Origin: Syntrophales bacterium
Lineage (GTDB): Bacteria > Desulfobacterota > Syntrophia > Syntrophales > JADFWA01
Reading direction: 5' to 3'
Assembly: GCA_030655775.1 (NCBI GenBank)
Contig: JAUSPI010000186.1
Coordinates: forward strand, 1-59,864
Length of the DNA: 59,864 bases
A program made the position numbers and the translations under genes. Positions within the stretch are counted from its first letter, which is position 1; every line of letters begins with the position of its first letter. Under the pieces are notes generated by a model, which made no database searches, was not told the origin of the DNA, and saw only the letters and a list, made by a program, of their open reading frames with translations. Shown in pieces: positions 23,598-34,337 of this stretch.

Positions 23598-24764
23598 CTA
23601 TTCCTTTAAAGTATTTATTATTTTCGCCGCCTTATCCCGTGCCCACCTGTCTGCTTCTAAAACATCTTCTATGGACGAAATCTCTTTTTTCCGATGCAAG
23701 GAGAGGGTCTCTCGTACCACTGTCGGTATATCCACAAACCTTATTTCCTCTGCAATAAATGCCTCAACAGCCACTTCATTTGAGGCATTAAGTACTGCCG
23801 GCATTGTCCCTCCCTGTGTTCCGGCAAGATACGCAAGTCTCAGATTGGGAAACTTTTCAAAATCGGGAGGGAGCAATTCCAGTGTTCCCATCTTCAGAAG
23901 GTCTAACGGGGGATAGTTCGTTCTCGAAAGCCTTTCCGGATAAGAGAGCGCATAGGATATCGGACCCCTCATATCGGCAACACCTAATTGAGCAATAACA
24001 GAACCATCTATAAATTCCACCATGGAATGGATCACGCTTTGAGGATGAATATGTACATCAATTTTATTAATATCAACGTCAAAAAGCCATCTTGCTTCGA
24101 TAACTTCAAGTCCCTTATTCATCATCGACGCAGAATCTATGGTAATCTTTTTCCCCATCTCCCATCGGGGATGTTTCAGTGCATCGGCAGGTTTGACTTT
24201 CAAAAGCTCCTCCCCGGACACGTTAAGAAAAGGTCCCCCGGATGCCGTAAGAATAATTCTTTTTATATCCTCCTGCCTGCTACCTGCCAGGCATTGAAAA
24301 ATGGCATTGTGCTCACTGTCAACAGGCAATATTGCAACTCCCTTCGATGCGGCCTCTTCAACAACGAGACTCCCAGCCATAACCATGGTTTCTTTATTGG
24401 CAAGAGCTATATTTTTCCCCGCATAAATCGCCTCCATAGTTGGAAGAAGCCCTGCTGCTCCAACTATAGCTGAAACCACCATGTCAGCCTCTTTTACAGA
24501 AGCAATTTCCCTGTATCCATCAACCCCGCAAAGAACCTTTATCCTGGAAGGAAAGTCAAGCATTTCCTTGAGCAGGCAAGCATAATTATCGTCTATAACC
24601 GAAACTACTTTGGGTCTGAATTTTTCAATTTGTTTTTTTAAAAGGGTGATATTGCTGCCGGCTGAGAGGGCTACAACTTTAAATATGGAAGGGTTGCTGC
24701 CTATTACATCAAGTGTGTTTACACCAATGGAACCTGTTGACCCAAGAATCGATATATTTTTCAT
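23598..24764 (-). CDS. dxr: 1-deoxy-D-xylulose 5-phosphate reductoisomerase
   Basis: 388 aa with GSTGSIG at the N-terminus. Conserved context (cdsA-dxr-rseP). Confidence 0.95.
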   Translation of the reverse strand: MKNISILGSTGSIGVNTLDVIGSNPSIFKVVALSAGSNITLLKKQIEKFRPKVVSVIDDNYACLLKEMLDFPSRIKVLCGVDGYREIASVKEADMVVSAIVGAAGLLPTMEAIYAGKNIALANKETMVMAGSLVVEEAASKGVAILPVDSEHNAIFQCLAGSRQEDIKRIILTASGGPFLNVSGEELLKVKPADALKHPRWEMGKKITIDSASMMNKGLEVIEARWLFDVDINKIDVHIHPQSVIHSMVEFIDGSVIAQLGVADMRGPISYALSYPERLSRTNYPPLDLLKMGTLELLPPDFEKFPNLRLAYLAGTQGGTMPAVLNASNEVAVEAFIAEEIRFVDIPTVVRETLSLHRKKEISSIEDVLEADRWARDKAAKIINTLKE

Positions 24765-25576
24765 TTGATTACGAACATATTATAATAATAAACAAAAGGA
24801 ACAATAAAGAGAAGACTGTCCAGCCGATCCAATATTCCACCATGTCCCGGCAGTAAAAACCCTGAATCCTTCACACCTGAGGCCCTCTTAATTGTAGATT
24901 CACACAGATCCCCCAACTGTCCCAGGACACTCCCGACAAGACCCAGCAATATCGCGTGAACAAGAGAAAGTGCAGGGAAAAACAAAAACTTAAATATAAC
25001 ACATCCTGCGATACTTCCGCCTAACAGCCCTATCGTTCCTTCAACTGTCTTTCCCGAGCTTACATCCGGCAACAATTTCCTTTTACCAATAGATTTTCCC
25101 ACGTAAAAAGCCGATATATCACCGGAAAATGCGAGAACTAAAGTAAAAAATATCCATACTGTCCCCTCTTCCAAACCCCGCATGAGTATTAGATACGACA
25201 TCATCAGCGGGATGTATATAAAACCGAATACAACCTTACCAGGAGCGGCTATGCTTATTGAACCACCTTTAAACCTTAAGAGAAAAAGAAGGAATATTAT
25301 AATTAAGGAGAATGTTACTACGGCAAGCTCAAGGTGAATGCCTCCAAGATATGCTGCAAGGGGTATCAACACACCTATCACCAAACCTTCCCCCTTTTCC
25401 CAATATAACCCCTCCGCAAAAACCATGTTGTTGTACTCTGTTACAGCTCCCAGTACAAGCAATACAACAAGTGCCGTAAATGCCATCTCTGAACCGTAAA
25501 TTAGAACGGCAAATATGGTAGGCAGTGCTATAATTCCTGTAATCCATCGCTTGATATGAGAATTCATAACATTCAA
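24761..25576 (-). CDS. cdsA: phosphatidate cytidylyltransferase
   Basis: 271-aa polytopic membrane protein with the C-terminal CdsA motif SxxKRxxGVKDSGxxxPGHGGxLDRxDS. Confidence 0.92.
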   Translation of the reverse strand: MNVMNSHIKRWITGIIALPTIFAVLIYGSEMAFTALVVLLVLGAVTEYNNMVFAEGLYWEKGEGLVIGVLIPLAAYLGGIHLELAVVTFSLIIIFLLFLLRFKGGSISIAAPGKVVFGFIYIPLMMSYLILMRGLEEGTVWIFFTLVLAFSGDISAFYVGKSIGKRKLLPDVSSGKTVEGTIGLLGGSIAGCVIFKFLFFPALSLVHAILLGLVGSVLGQLGDLCESTIKRASGVKDSGFLLPGHGGILDRLDSLLFIVPFVYYYNMFVIK

Positions 25577-25594
25577 TTGCTGACGGTTAAATCA

Positions 25595-26332
25595 TTACAA
25601 TAGTTGTTCGCTCGTCTTACCGAATCTTCTCTCCCTCTCCTGGTAGTCTGCAATGGCTTCAATGAGATTTTCTCTGCGAAAATCCGGCCATAGAACATCC
25701 GTAAAATAAAATTCTGTATAAGCCATCTGCCATAGGAGGAAATTGCTTAATCTATATTCTTCACCTGTTCTGATAAGCAAATCCGGCTCCGGCATACCAG
25801 CGGTATACAGGTAGCCTGAAAATACATCCTTGCTAATGTCCATATCTGTTATATTACCGGCCTTGCTATCTTTTAATATCTTCTTCACCGCCTCAACAAT
25901 TTCATCTCGGCCACCGTAACTCAGGGCCAAATTGAGTATCATACCCTTATTGTTGGAGGTTTTTTCAATGGTTTCCCGAAGAATTTTCTTTACCGTCTTG
26001 GGAAGCATCTCAGTATTACCTATGGTCATCAATTTTATGTCATTTTCAAGCATCTTCTGAAGTTCTGAACGGAGGAATTTTTCAAGCAAGTTCATTAACG
26101 CCCGCACCTCTACGGCGGGGCGAAGCCAGTTCTCGGTGGAAAAGGCATAAAGGGTAAGATAACCTATACCTATTTCCCGGCAGGCCTCTACGATATCCCT
26201 CACCGAATCGGCACCTTTCCTGTGCCCGTCCATTCTTGACTTGGAATTTATTTTAGCCCACCTCCCATTACCATCCATAATGATGGCTATATGTTGAGGA
26301 AGGTTGGTATTGTCAATTCTCTTCATGTTCAT
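25595..26332 (-). CDS. uppS: undecaprenyl diphosphate synthase (isoprenyl transferase)
   Basis: HIAIIMDGNGRWA motif, 245 aa. Confidence 0.95.
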   Translation of the reverse strand: MNMKRIDNTNLPQHIAIIMDGNGRWAKINSKSRMDGHRKGADSVRDIVEACREIGIGYLTLYAFSTENWLRPAVEVRALMNLLEKFLRSELQKMLENDIKLMTIGNTEMLPKTVKKILRETIEKTSNNKGMILNLALSYGGRDEIVEAVKKILKDSKAGNITDMDISKDVFSGYLYTAGMPEPDLLIRTGEEYRLSNFLLWQMAYTEFYFTDVLWPDFRRENLIEAIADYQERERRFGKTSEQLL

Positions 26333-26351
26333 CTTTGCATGAAAATAGAGG

Positions 26352-26503
26352 ATTCAGAAGTCAGGAGCCAGTAGTCAGAATAAAGAGATTGCAAACAACT
26401 CCCGTAAAATACAAAGACATACCGAGGCATTATGCCAATAACCACTTATTTAACGGTGTGAAACCACTTTGGTTGTCTTCCAAATACTGAATACTGAATT
26501 CTC
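26352..26503. repeat. Family E palindrome, copy E2 (right arm degenerate) with ~100-nt core
   Basis: attcagaagtcaggagccagtagtcagaata ... tactgaatactgaattctc. Confidence 0.55.
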
Positions 26504-26576
26504 TTTTCATGTTTCATTCTGACCAAAAGTATATGAAATCGGTAGGACTTATGACAAAACTACAGGAGGAACTTTT

Positions 26577-27134
26577 TTATATTTCCATGATTTCCTTCTC
26601 TTTGGCAGCAACAATGGTGTCTATCTTCTTCATATATTTATCGGTAACTTTCTGTACTTCATCCTGATATGTGTACAAATCGTCTTCTGATATTTCGCTG
26701 TCTTTTTGCAGAGTCTTGAATTGATTGTTTGTATCCCTCCTTGCATTTCTCAACCTTATCCTGCTCTCCTCACCCATCTTTTTTACAGCTTTTACAATCT
26801 CTTTCCTGCTCTCTTCCGTAAGGGGAGGTATGGCTATACGTACCACATTCCCGTCATTGCCCGGCATCAATCCAAGATCAGATTTTTGTATAGCTTTCTC
26901 AATATATCCTATCGCATTTTTATCCCAGGGAGAAATCAATATAAGACGGCTTTCAGGAGTGGAAAGTGTGGCCACCTGATTTATCGGTGTAGGTGTCCCA
27001 TAGTAATCAACCTTGATTCCATCAAGAAGAGAAAGAGAAGCCCTTCCGGTTCTCACTTTGTTCAAGGATCTTTCAAAAGACCTTATGCCTTCTTCCATAT
27101 TATCCCTTAACTCATCCAAAATCAGATCCTTCAT
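26577..27134 (-). CDS. frr: ribosome recycling factor
   Basis: 185 aa, colinear with Frr. pyrH-frr context. Confidence 0.95.
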   Translation of the reverse strand: MKDLILDELRDNMEEGIRSFERSLNKVRTGRASLSLLDGIKVDYYGTPTPINQVATLSTPESRLILISPWDKNAIGYIEKAIQKSDLGLMPGNDGNVVRIAIPPLTEESRKEIVKAVKKMGEESRIRLRNARRDTNNQFKTLQKDSEISEDDLYTYQDEVQKVTDKYMKKIDTIVAAKEKEIMEI

Positions 27135-27137
27135 TTC

Positions 27138-27854
<717 letters not shown>

Positions 27855-27858
27855 TTAA

Positions 27859-28285
27859 CTCCTAAAGCGGCAAAGCCGCAACCCCAAAAGTGCCTAAAGT
27901 TTGAAGTGCCTAAAGTGAGCTAAAGTTAATGTACACGCCTTCGGCGCGGTCAAATTCGAAACAGGATGCACTGAAAGCGCATTTTTCAACTTTGATGCAC
28001 TCGTGAAAAGTCTTTTCATAGCGAATCTAAGCATTTTGGGGAAAAGATGGTGGCAGTGTCTGGCGTTAAAAAATCTAATTGTTTGAGTGTATTAGCACGA
28101 GTTTTTAGATTTTTAGCCAGGCAATGTCAGCATCCCCAAAATGGTTCTGAGCGAAGAAAACTGACTTTTTACGAACGTGTCAACTTTAGGCACTTTAGTT
28201 CACTTTACACTCTTAACTAAATCTTGCTGCTTGAACTGGTACCAACATCTGCGCAAAAAACGCAGTTGTTGAGAATAAAGACTCT
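27859..28285. repeat. composite intergenic cassette (gcggcaaagccgc hairpin + family A palindrome + family H hairpin), copy 1, containing MITE B'
   Basis: Outside the inserted MITEs it aligns almost base-for-base with 31268-31659. It fills most of the tsf-pyrH gap, from 17 nt beyond the tsf stop to the pyrH SD. Confidence 0.85.
27994..28179. mobile_element. MITE B' (family-B-type TIRs, different 150-nt interior) with 8-bp TSD tcaacttt
   Basis: TIRs gatgcactcgtgaaaagtc / gactttttacgaacgtg. TSD at 27986-27993 and 28180-28187. The paralogous empty site ttaacttt is at 31415-31422. Confidence 0.8.
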
Positions 28286-28301
28286 GATAGCTGAATGCTT
28301 G

Positions 28302-28901
28302 CTATACTTCCTCACCCAGCTGGAATCTGGTAAATCTTTTTACTATAATATTTTCACCGGTCTTGGCAATCATATTCTTAACAAGTGCTCCCACGCTAAC
28401 ATCAGTATCTTTGACAAACTTCTGTTCTAAAAGACACACGTCCTCGTAGTACTTTTTAAGCTTACCTTCGATTATTCTATCAATTATTTTTTCCGGTTTC
28501 CCTTCAGCTAACGCCTGACTTTTATAAATCTCTTTTTCTTTTTCCAATATATTTTCAGGTATATTCTCCGGGTTTAAATAAAGAGGATTTGCAGCCGCAA
28601 CATGCATAGCGATATCTTTTGCAAGTATCTGGAAAGCCTCCGTCTTGGCAACAAAGTCCGTCTCGCAATTAATCTCGACCATTACGCCTATCCTCCCTCT
28701 CATATGAATATAAGAGGTAACAACTCCATCCTTGGTCACCTTTGAAGACCTCTTAGCAGCTGCTGACATACCTTTTTTCCTTAAATATTCAATTGCCTTT
28801 TCAAAGTCACCATCACATTCAGTCAACGCTTTCTTGCAATCCATCATGCCCGTGCCGGTTTTTACCCTCAATTCCTTTACCATAGATGCTGAGATACCCA
28901 A
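28302..28901 (-). CDS. tsf: elongation factor Ts (short form)
   Basis: 199 aa. Starts ISASMVKELRVKTGTGMMDCKKAL (UBA-like N-terminus). rpsB-tsf context. Confidence 0.93.
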   Translation of the reverse strand: MGISASMVKELRVKTGTGMMDCKKALTECDGDFEKAIEYLRKKGMSAAAKRSSKVTKDGVVTSYIHMRGRIGVMVEINCETDFVAKTEAFQILAKDIAMHVAAANPLYLNPENIPENILEKEKEIYKSQALAEGKPEKIIDRIIEGKLKKYYEDVCLLEQKFVKDTDVSVGALVKNMIAKTGENIIVKRFTRFQLGEEV

Positions 28902-28903
28902 TT

Positions 28904-29767
28904 TTACTCCTCCTCCCCAGTTTTCTCACTTAAAGTCTCATCAATATCAGTTGCAGTAGGCTCTTCTATATCAAGGCCTTCATCTTTAGTTTCAATACTC
29001 TCCGGAACATCTAACTCAAGACCATATTCCTCTTTAACCTCTTCCGTCAATTCCTTGTCACTTTCCGCCTGCAAACGCTCCTCAAACTTTTTCTTGCCTT
29101 CAATTACAGCATCTGCGATCTTTGAAGAAAATAATTTTATAGCCCTTATTGCGTCATCGTTCCCTGGAATAATATAATCTATCTCGTTCGGATCGCAATT
29201 TGTATCAACTATGGCTACTATAGGAATCTTTAATTTTCTTGCCTCATTTACCGCAATATGTTCTTTCTTGGGATCAACAATAAAAACTCCTTTAGGCGGT
29301 CCTTCCATATTTCTTACACTGCCCAGAACTTTTTCAAGCTTATCCCGTTCTTTTTGAAGTTTCAGCACCTCTTTCTTAAGAAAAGTGTTTAAACTTTCAT
29401 CCTCAAACATCCTGTCCAGAGTATTTAATCTGTCAACACTCTTCTTAATGGTATTAAAGTTGGTGAGCATTCCTCCCAGCCACCTCTGGTTGACATACGG
29501 CATACCGCATCTTTCCGCTTCTTCCCTGATCGATTCCTGACCTTGTCTCTTCGTACCGACAAATAGAATTTCTCCACCTTCAGCCACCAGATCAACGACA
29601 AAGCGATAAGCAATCTTAAACATTTCTACAGTCTGTTGAAGATCGATGATGTAAATACCGTTCCTTGCCCCAAATATGTAGGGCTTCATTTTAGGGTTCC
29701 ACTTATTTGTCTGATGACCAAAATGAACCCCCGACTCAAGCAACTGCTTCATTGAAACATATCCCAT
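28904..29767 (-). CDS. rpsB: 30S ribosomal protein S2 (acidic C-terminal tail)
   Basis: [19 protein letters not shown] motif, 287 aa. Confidence 0.95.
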   Translation of the reverse strand: MGYVSMKQLLESGVHFGHQTNKWNPKMKPYIFGARNGIYIIDLQQTVEMFKIAYRFVVDLVAEGGEILFVGTKRQGQESIREEAERCGMPYVNQRWLGGMLTNFNTIKKSVDRLNTLDRMFEDESLNTFLKKEVLKLQKERDKLEKVLGSVRNMEGPPKGVFIVDPKKEHIAVNEARKLKIPIVAIVDTNCDPNEIDYIIPGNDDAIRAIKLFSSKIADAVIEGKKKFEERLQAESDKELTEEVKEEYGLELDVPESIETKDEGLDIEEPTATDIDETLSEKTGEEE

Positions 29768-29950
29768 AATATAACAACTCCTTTTAATTGTTTTTTCGAG
29801 ACCTTTCTCAAAAGTCTCTTCTCCTCCACCCCCATCCTCTTGCCCGAGAACTTTTTAAAAAGCAACACTCAAACAATCAGAGGGTGTGTGTAATACGTTG
29901 GTGGCAGATAACATAAACATTATATATTATCAAGGGAAAAAGCCACCGAC

Positions 29951-30065
29951 ATCAGTTTGAAGTTTTAAGTTTAAAGTTTCAGCTTACTGTAACGACATGC
30001 CATTTATACTTTTCAAAATCGTCAACTTTAAACCTTAAACTTTGAACTTTGAACTTGAAACTGAT
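29951..30065. repeat. Family G palindrome (agtttaa/agttcaa heptads), copy G1
   Basis: atcagtttgaagttttaagtttaaagtttcag ... aactttaaaccttaaactttgaactttgaacttgaaactgat. Ends 1 nt before the argJ stop. Confidence 0.75.
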
Positions 30066-30066
30066 T

Positions 30067-31266
30067 TTACGTTCGATAGTGCGCATTGATCTTAACATAA
30101 TCATACGAAAGGTCAGTTGTATATATACGAACGGAATTACTGCCCATGCCCAGTTTTACGACTATCCTGATATGATCATCCCCCATTATTTTTATCAGCC
30201 TCTTTTCACCGACCCCTGCCCCCTTCCCACCAGCGAAGACAGGAACCCCTCCAATACTTAGTTCCATTTTACCGGTTGGCAGCTCTACACCGGATGCACC
30301 TATGGCGGATACAATTCTTCCCCAGTTGGGATCCTCCCCGAAAAATGCCGTCTTCACCAGATTAGACCTGGCAATACCATATGCAATTTTCTTCGCATCT
30401 TGAAGTGTTTTTGCACCGTCAACCACAATTTCGATCAATTTTGTTGCCCCTTCACCATCCCTGACGACAGACTTTGATAAACCAACCATTAAATCAAAAA
30501 GCATTTCTTTAAAGATCGTCAGATTCTTTGACGGCCCGGCAATCTGTTTGTTCCCGGCAACACCATTGGCTAATATTATGGCTGTATCATTTGTGCTCAT
30601 GCATCCATCAACCGTAATAGAATTGAAACTGCAATTTACCGCCTGCTTGAAAAGAGACTTAAGACAACGCTTACTTATATTTGCATCCGTCATTATAAAT
30701 GAAAGCGTGGTGGCCATATTGGGTTCTATCATTCCAGCCCCTTTGGCTATTCCGCAGATGGTAACTTCTTTTGAATCGATCTGCCCCTTACGATATTCAA
30801 TCTTGGGAAACGTATCGGTTGTCATAATTGCTTCCTCGGCGCTTAAAATTCTCTCAGGACTCAATCCTTCAACCAGTCTGTCAACCCCATCTTTAATTTT
30901 CTTTATCGGAAGATTCTGACCAATAATACCCGTAGAAGCAACTAAAACCAGATCATCCTTTATATTCAATTTCCCGGAAACAGCTTCCGACATTGCAAGA
31001 GCGTCTTTATATCCCCTGTCTCCTGTGGCAGCATTCGCATTGCCGCTGTTAGCAACAATAGCCTGAGCAACCCCCTTTTTTATCCTTTCCATATCAAGAA
31101 TAACCGGTGCTGCCTTAAAGAGATTTTTAGTAAACACCCCTGCTGCCACCGCCGGAACCTCGGAAAAGATCAAGGAAAGGTCTTTCCCGCCATCGGCTTT
31201 GATCCCAACGTCAATCCCATTCGCAAGAAATCCGGGAACTATCAAGTCCTTCTTATCCAGAACCAT
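30067..31266 (-). CDS. argJ: bifunctional ornithine acetyltransferase / N-acetylglutamate synthase
   Basis: 399 aa with an autoprocessing-site region ATTLSFIMTDA. Confidence 0.93.
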   Translation of the reverse strand: MVLDKKDLIVPGFLANGIDVGIKADGGKDLSLIFSEVPAVAAGVFTKNLFKAAPVILDMERIKKGVAQAIVANSGNANAATGDRGYKDALAMSEAVSGKLNIKDDLVLVASTGIIGQNLPIKKIKDGVDRLVEGLSPERILSAEEAIMTTDTFPKIEYRKGQIDSKEVTICGIAKGAGMIEPNMATTLSFIMTDANISKRCLKSLFKQAVNCSFNSITVDGCMSTNDTAIILANGVAGNKQIAGPSKNLTIFKEMLFDLMVGLSKSVVRDGEGATKLIEIVVDGAKTLQDAKKIAYGIARSNLVKTAFFGEDPNWGRIVSAIGASGVELPTGKMELSIGGVPVFAGGKGAGVGEKRLIKIMGDDHIRIVVKLGMGSNSVRIYTTDLSYDYVKINAHYRT

Positions 31267-31267
31267 A

Positions 31268-31659
31268 AAACCCCCTAAGGCGGCAAAGCCGCAACCCCAA
31301 AAGTGCCTAAAGTTTGAAGTGCCTAAAGTTTGAAGTGCCTAAAGTGAGCTAAAGTTAATGTACACGCCTTCGGCGCGGTCAAATTCGAAACAGGCTACGC
31401 TGAAAGCGCATTTTTTAACTTTAGGCACTTTAGCTCACTTTACACTCTTAACTAAATCTTGATGGTCTCGTAAAAAGTCATAAACTGCACCATTTGTCAT
31501 GCTGAACTTGTTTCAGCATCTAATTATCTCAGTAAGTTAGAGACCCTGAAATAAATTCAGGGTGACAAAAAAAGACTTTTTACGAGCACATCAAATCTTG
31601 CTGCTTGAACTGGTACCAATATCTACGCAAAAAACACAGTTGTCGAGAATAAAGATTCT
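31268..31659. repeat. composite intergenic cassette, copy 2, containing a family B MITE
   Basis: Same module order as 27859-28285, plus one extra 16-nt word (ttgaagtgcctaaagt). It fills the entire secA-argJ gap. Confidence 0.85.
31462..31592 (-). mobile_element. Family B MITE with 8-bp TSD aaatcttg
   Basis: TIRs atggtctcgtaaaaagtc / gactttttacgagcacat. TSD at 31454-31461 and 31593-31600. The paralogous empty site aaatcttg is at 28219-28226. Confidence 0.85.
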
Positions 31660-34181
31660 CACTTTCCACAACATTTCTTATACTTCTTTCCGCTGCCGCA
31701 GGGGCAGGGAGAGTTTCTTCCGATCTTTTCACTTTCTCTTTTTACGGTCTTTGATACACCTGCATCATCCCCATGACTTAAGACATACTTATCGGTTGAC
31801 GGCGCATGTATCCGTTTTATTTCTTCTTCCTTCTGAATCTGAACCATACACAATTTCTCAAGGGTATCTTCCTTAATCCGGTAGACCATATTGCTAAACA
31901 TGTCATACCCTTCTATCTGATATTCTCTTTTGGGATCTTTCTGTCCGTATCCTCTCAAGCCGATACCCTCTTTGAGGTGATCCATACCCAGCAAGTGATC
32001 CTTCCAGTGCGTATCCACCGACTGGAGCATTATAACCTTCATAAGATAATCCATAATCGACTCGCCGAAGTCTTTTTCCTTGTCACGAAGCAGATCCCTG
32101 GCCCCTGAAATTATCTTTTCCTCAACGGTTTCCCTATTAATATCATCACGATTTGACTCGCTGAAGTTAAATTTTAAAGAAAATTGTTTGTAAATCCTGT
32201 CATCAAGACCCTTGAGGTTCCATTCTTCGGGGTGAAGTTTTTCATCAATATACTCATCCAGGATATTGCCAACAACTTCTTCCAGCATATTATCAATATT
32301 TGACCACAGCTCCTCACCCTTCAGGATATTCTTACGCTGATCATATATGACTTCCCTCTGTCTGTTCATCACATCATCATATTCAAGGAGGTGCTTTCGG
32401 ATATCAAAATTCTGTCCTTCAACCTTTTTCTGTGCATTTTCAATCGCTTTTGAAATAAGATTATGCTCAATCGGCTGCCCCTCTTCAATGCCAATTTTGT
32501 CCATCACGGATGAAATTCTCTCGGCGCCGAATATGCGGAGAAGATCGTCCTCCAGGGAAAGATAAAATCGTGACGATCCTCCATCACCCTGCCTCCCCGA
32601 TCGCCCCCTGAGCTGGTTATCGATCCGTCGACTTTCATGCCTCTCCGTCCCCAGTATGTGAAGTCCACCGAGCGCAGCAATTCCCTCCCCCAATTTTATA
32701 TCGGTTCCTCTTCCAGCCATGCTGGTAGATATAGTCACAGCCACAGGTTGACCGGCCTGAGCAACTATTTCGGCTTCTTTTTCATGATTTTTTGCATTGA
32801 GTACGTGGTGTTTTACGCCTGCTCTCGTCAAGTACTTACCCAGAAGCTCGGACTTTTCAATAGATATCGTCCCGACCAAGACCGGTCTGCCAATCCTGTT
32901 TAACTCCTTTATCTCTTCTATAACGGCATCGAACTTTTCCTTTTCCGTTTTATAGATAACATCTGCATGGTCAATCCTTATCATAGGCATATTGGTAGGA
33001 GTAACAATAACATCCAGATTATATATCTCCTTGAACTCAGCAGCCTCAGTATCCGCAGTACCGGTCATACCGGCCAGTTTTTCGTATATCCTGAAGTAAT
33101 TCTGAAAGGTAATCGATGCGAGCGTCTGGTTTTCACCCTCTATCTTTACCCTTTCCTTCGCTTCCAGTGCCTGGTGGAGGCCGTCACTGTATCTTCTCCC
33201 CGGCATGACTCTGCCAGTAAATTCATCAACGATGAGGACCTCCCCATCCCTCACCAGGTAGTCGACATCTTTTTTAAAGAGGGTATGGGCTTTCAGCGCC
33301 TGGTTAACATGGTGGAGTATCTCAATGTTTTTCGGTTCAAAGAGATTCTGAACTTTGAGATACTTCTCGGCATTTGCCACTCCATCCTCGGTCAGGACAA
33401 CCGTTCTGCTCTTTTCATCTATGGTGTAATCCCGTTCCTTTTTAAGCCTGGGAATCATCTGGTTAATCCTGTAATACAGGTCGGTAGAATCCTCCGAGGG
33501 GCCGGATATTATAAGTGGTGTCCTTGCTTCATCAACTAATATACTGTCCACCTCATCAACAATTGCGTAATGAAACTCTCTCTGCACATAATTTTCGAGA
33601 TTGAACTTCATGTTATCCCTAAGATAGTCGAAGCCGAACTCATTATTCGTACCATAAGTGATATCCGAATTGTATGCGGCTCGCCTTTCATCATCATCCA
33701 TGCCATGGATAATCACCCCCACCGAAAGACCGAGAAGTTTATAGACAGGCCCCATCCATTCGGCATCTCTCCTGGCCAAGTAATCGTTAACCGTAATAAG
33801 ATGGACACCACGGCCTGTTAGAGCATTCAGATATACGGGCATAGTTGCAGCCAAAGTCTTTCCTTCTCCGGTTTTCATCTCTGCAATCTTTCCCTCATGC
33901 AGGACAAGTCCACCGATTACCTGAACGTCAAAGGGTCTCATCATCAACGTTCTTCTCGCTGCCTCTCTGACAACGGCAAAGGCCTCTACCAAAATATCAT
34001 CAAGCCCCGCTCCCCTTTCAAGGTTCTCCTTAAAGTATCCGGTTTGGGCTTGAAGTTCGGAATCGCTAAGAGCTTTCATAGAAGGTTCAAGGTCATTTAT
34101 ACACTCAAGAATCAAAGATAACCTCTTCAATTCCCTGTCGTTCTTACTCCCAACGACCTTTTTCAATATTGAACTTAGCAT
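31659..34181 (-). CDS. secA: preprotein translocase ATPase SecA
   Basis: 840 aa with DEAD-like motor motifs and a C-terminal zinc-binding tail [14 protein letters not shown]. Confidence 0.97.
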   Translation of the reverse strand: MLSSILKKVVGSKNDRELKRLSLILECINDLEPSMKALSDSELQAQTGYFKENLERGAGLDDILVEAFAVVREAARRTLMMRPFDVQVIGGLVLHEGKIAEMKTGEGKTLAATMPVYLNALTGRGVHLITVNDYLARRDAEWMGPVYKLLGLSVGVIIHGMDDDERRAAYNSDITYGTNNEFGFDYLRDNMKFNLENYVQREFHYAIVDEVDSILVDEARTPLIISGPSEDSTDLYYRINQMIPRLKKERDYTIDEKSRTVVLTEDGVANAEKYLKVQNLFEPKNIEILHHVNQALKAHTLFKKDVDYLVRDGEVLIVDEFTGRVMPGRRYSDGLHQALEAKERVKIEGENQTLASITFQNYFRIYEKLAGMTGTADTEAAEFKEIYNLDVIVTPTNMPMIRIDHADVIYKTEKEKFDAVIEEIKELNRIGRPVLVGTISIEKSELLGKYLTRAGVKHHVLNAKNHEKEAEIVAQAGQPVAVTISTSMAGRGTDIKLGEGIAALGGLHILGTERHESRRIDNQLRGRSGRQGDGGSSRFYLSLEDDLLRIFGAERISSVMDKIGIEEGQPIEHNLISKAIENAQKKVEGQNFDIRKHLLEYDDVMNRQREVIYDQRKNILKGEELWSNIDNMLEEVVGNILDEYIDEKLHPEEWNLKGLDDRIYKQFSLKFNFSESNRDDINRETVEEKIISGARDLLRDKEKDFGESIMDYLMKVIMLQSVDTHWKDHLLGMDHLKEGIGLRGYGQKDPKREYQIEGYDMFSNMVYRIKEDTLEKLCMVQIQKEEEIKRIHAPSTDKYVLSHGDDAGVSKTVKRESEKIGRNSPCPCGSGKKYKKCCGK

Positions 34182-34191
34182 AAGTATCCTT

Positions 34192-34223
34192 CTTCAAAAA
34201 AAACCCGGCAATAAAATACCGGG
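34192..34223 (-). terminator. weak terminator-like hairpin plus U-run just upstream of the secA SD
   Basis: On the minus strand, cccgg-N10-ccggg followed by TTTTTTTT. Sits 11 nt before the secA ATG region. Confidence 0.3.
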
Positions 34224-34240
34224 ATTATAAAAATAGGATC

Positions 34241-34321
34241 CAGGAATCAGGAGTCAGAATAAACCTAATCATTTTTAATTACATAATTCCTAATTTCTTC
34301 TGAATTCTGACTCCTGTCTTC
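34241..34321. repeat. Family E palindrome, copy E3
   Basis: caggagtcagaat (34248-34260) pairs with attctgactcctg (34304-34316). Confidence 0.7.
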
Positions 34322-34337
34322 TCTCTTTTTATATTGG

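Noticed and set aside
29768-29950. rpsB upstream region as the S2 autoregulatory leader or promoter
   Set aside because: A long leader is plausible from known rpsB-tsf biology. However, I could not identify a convincing -35/-10 pair or a conserved pseudoknot by eye.
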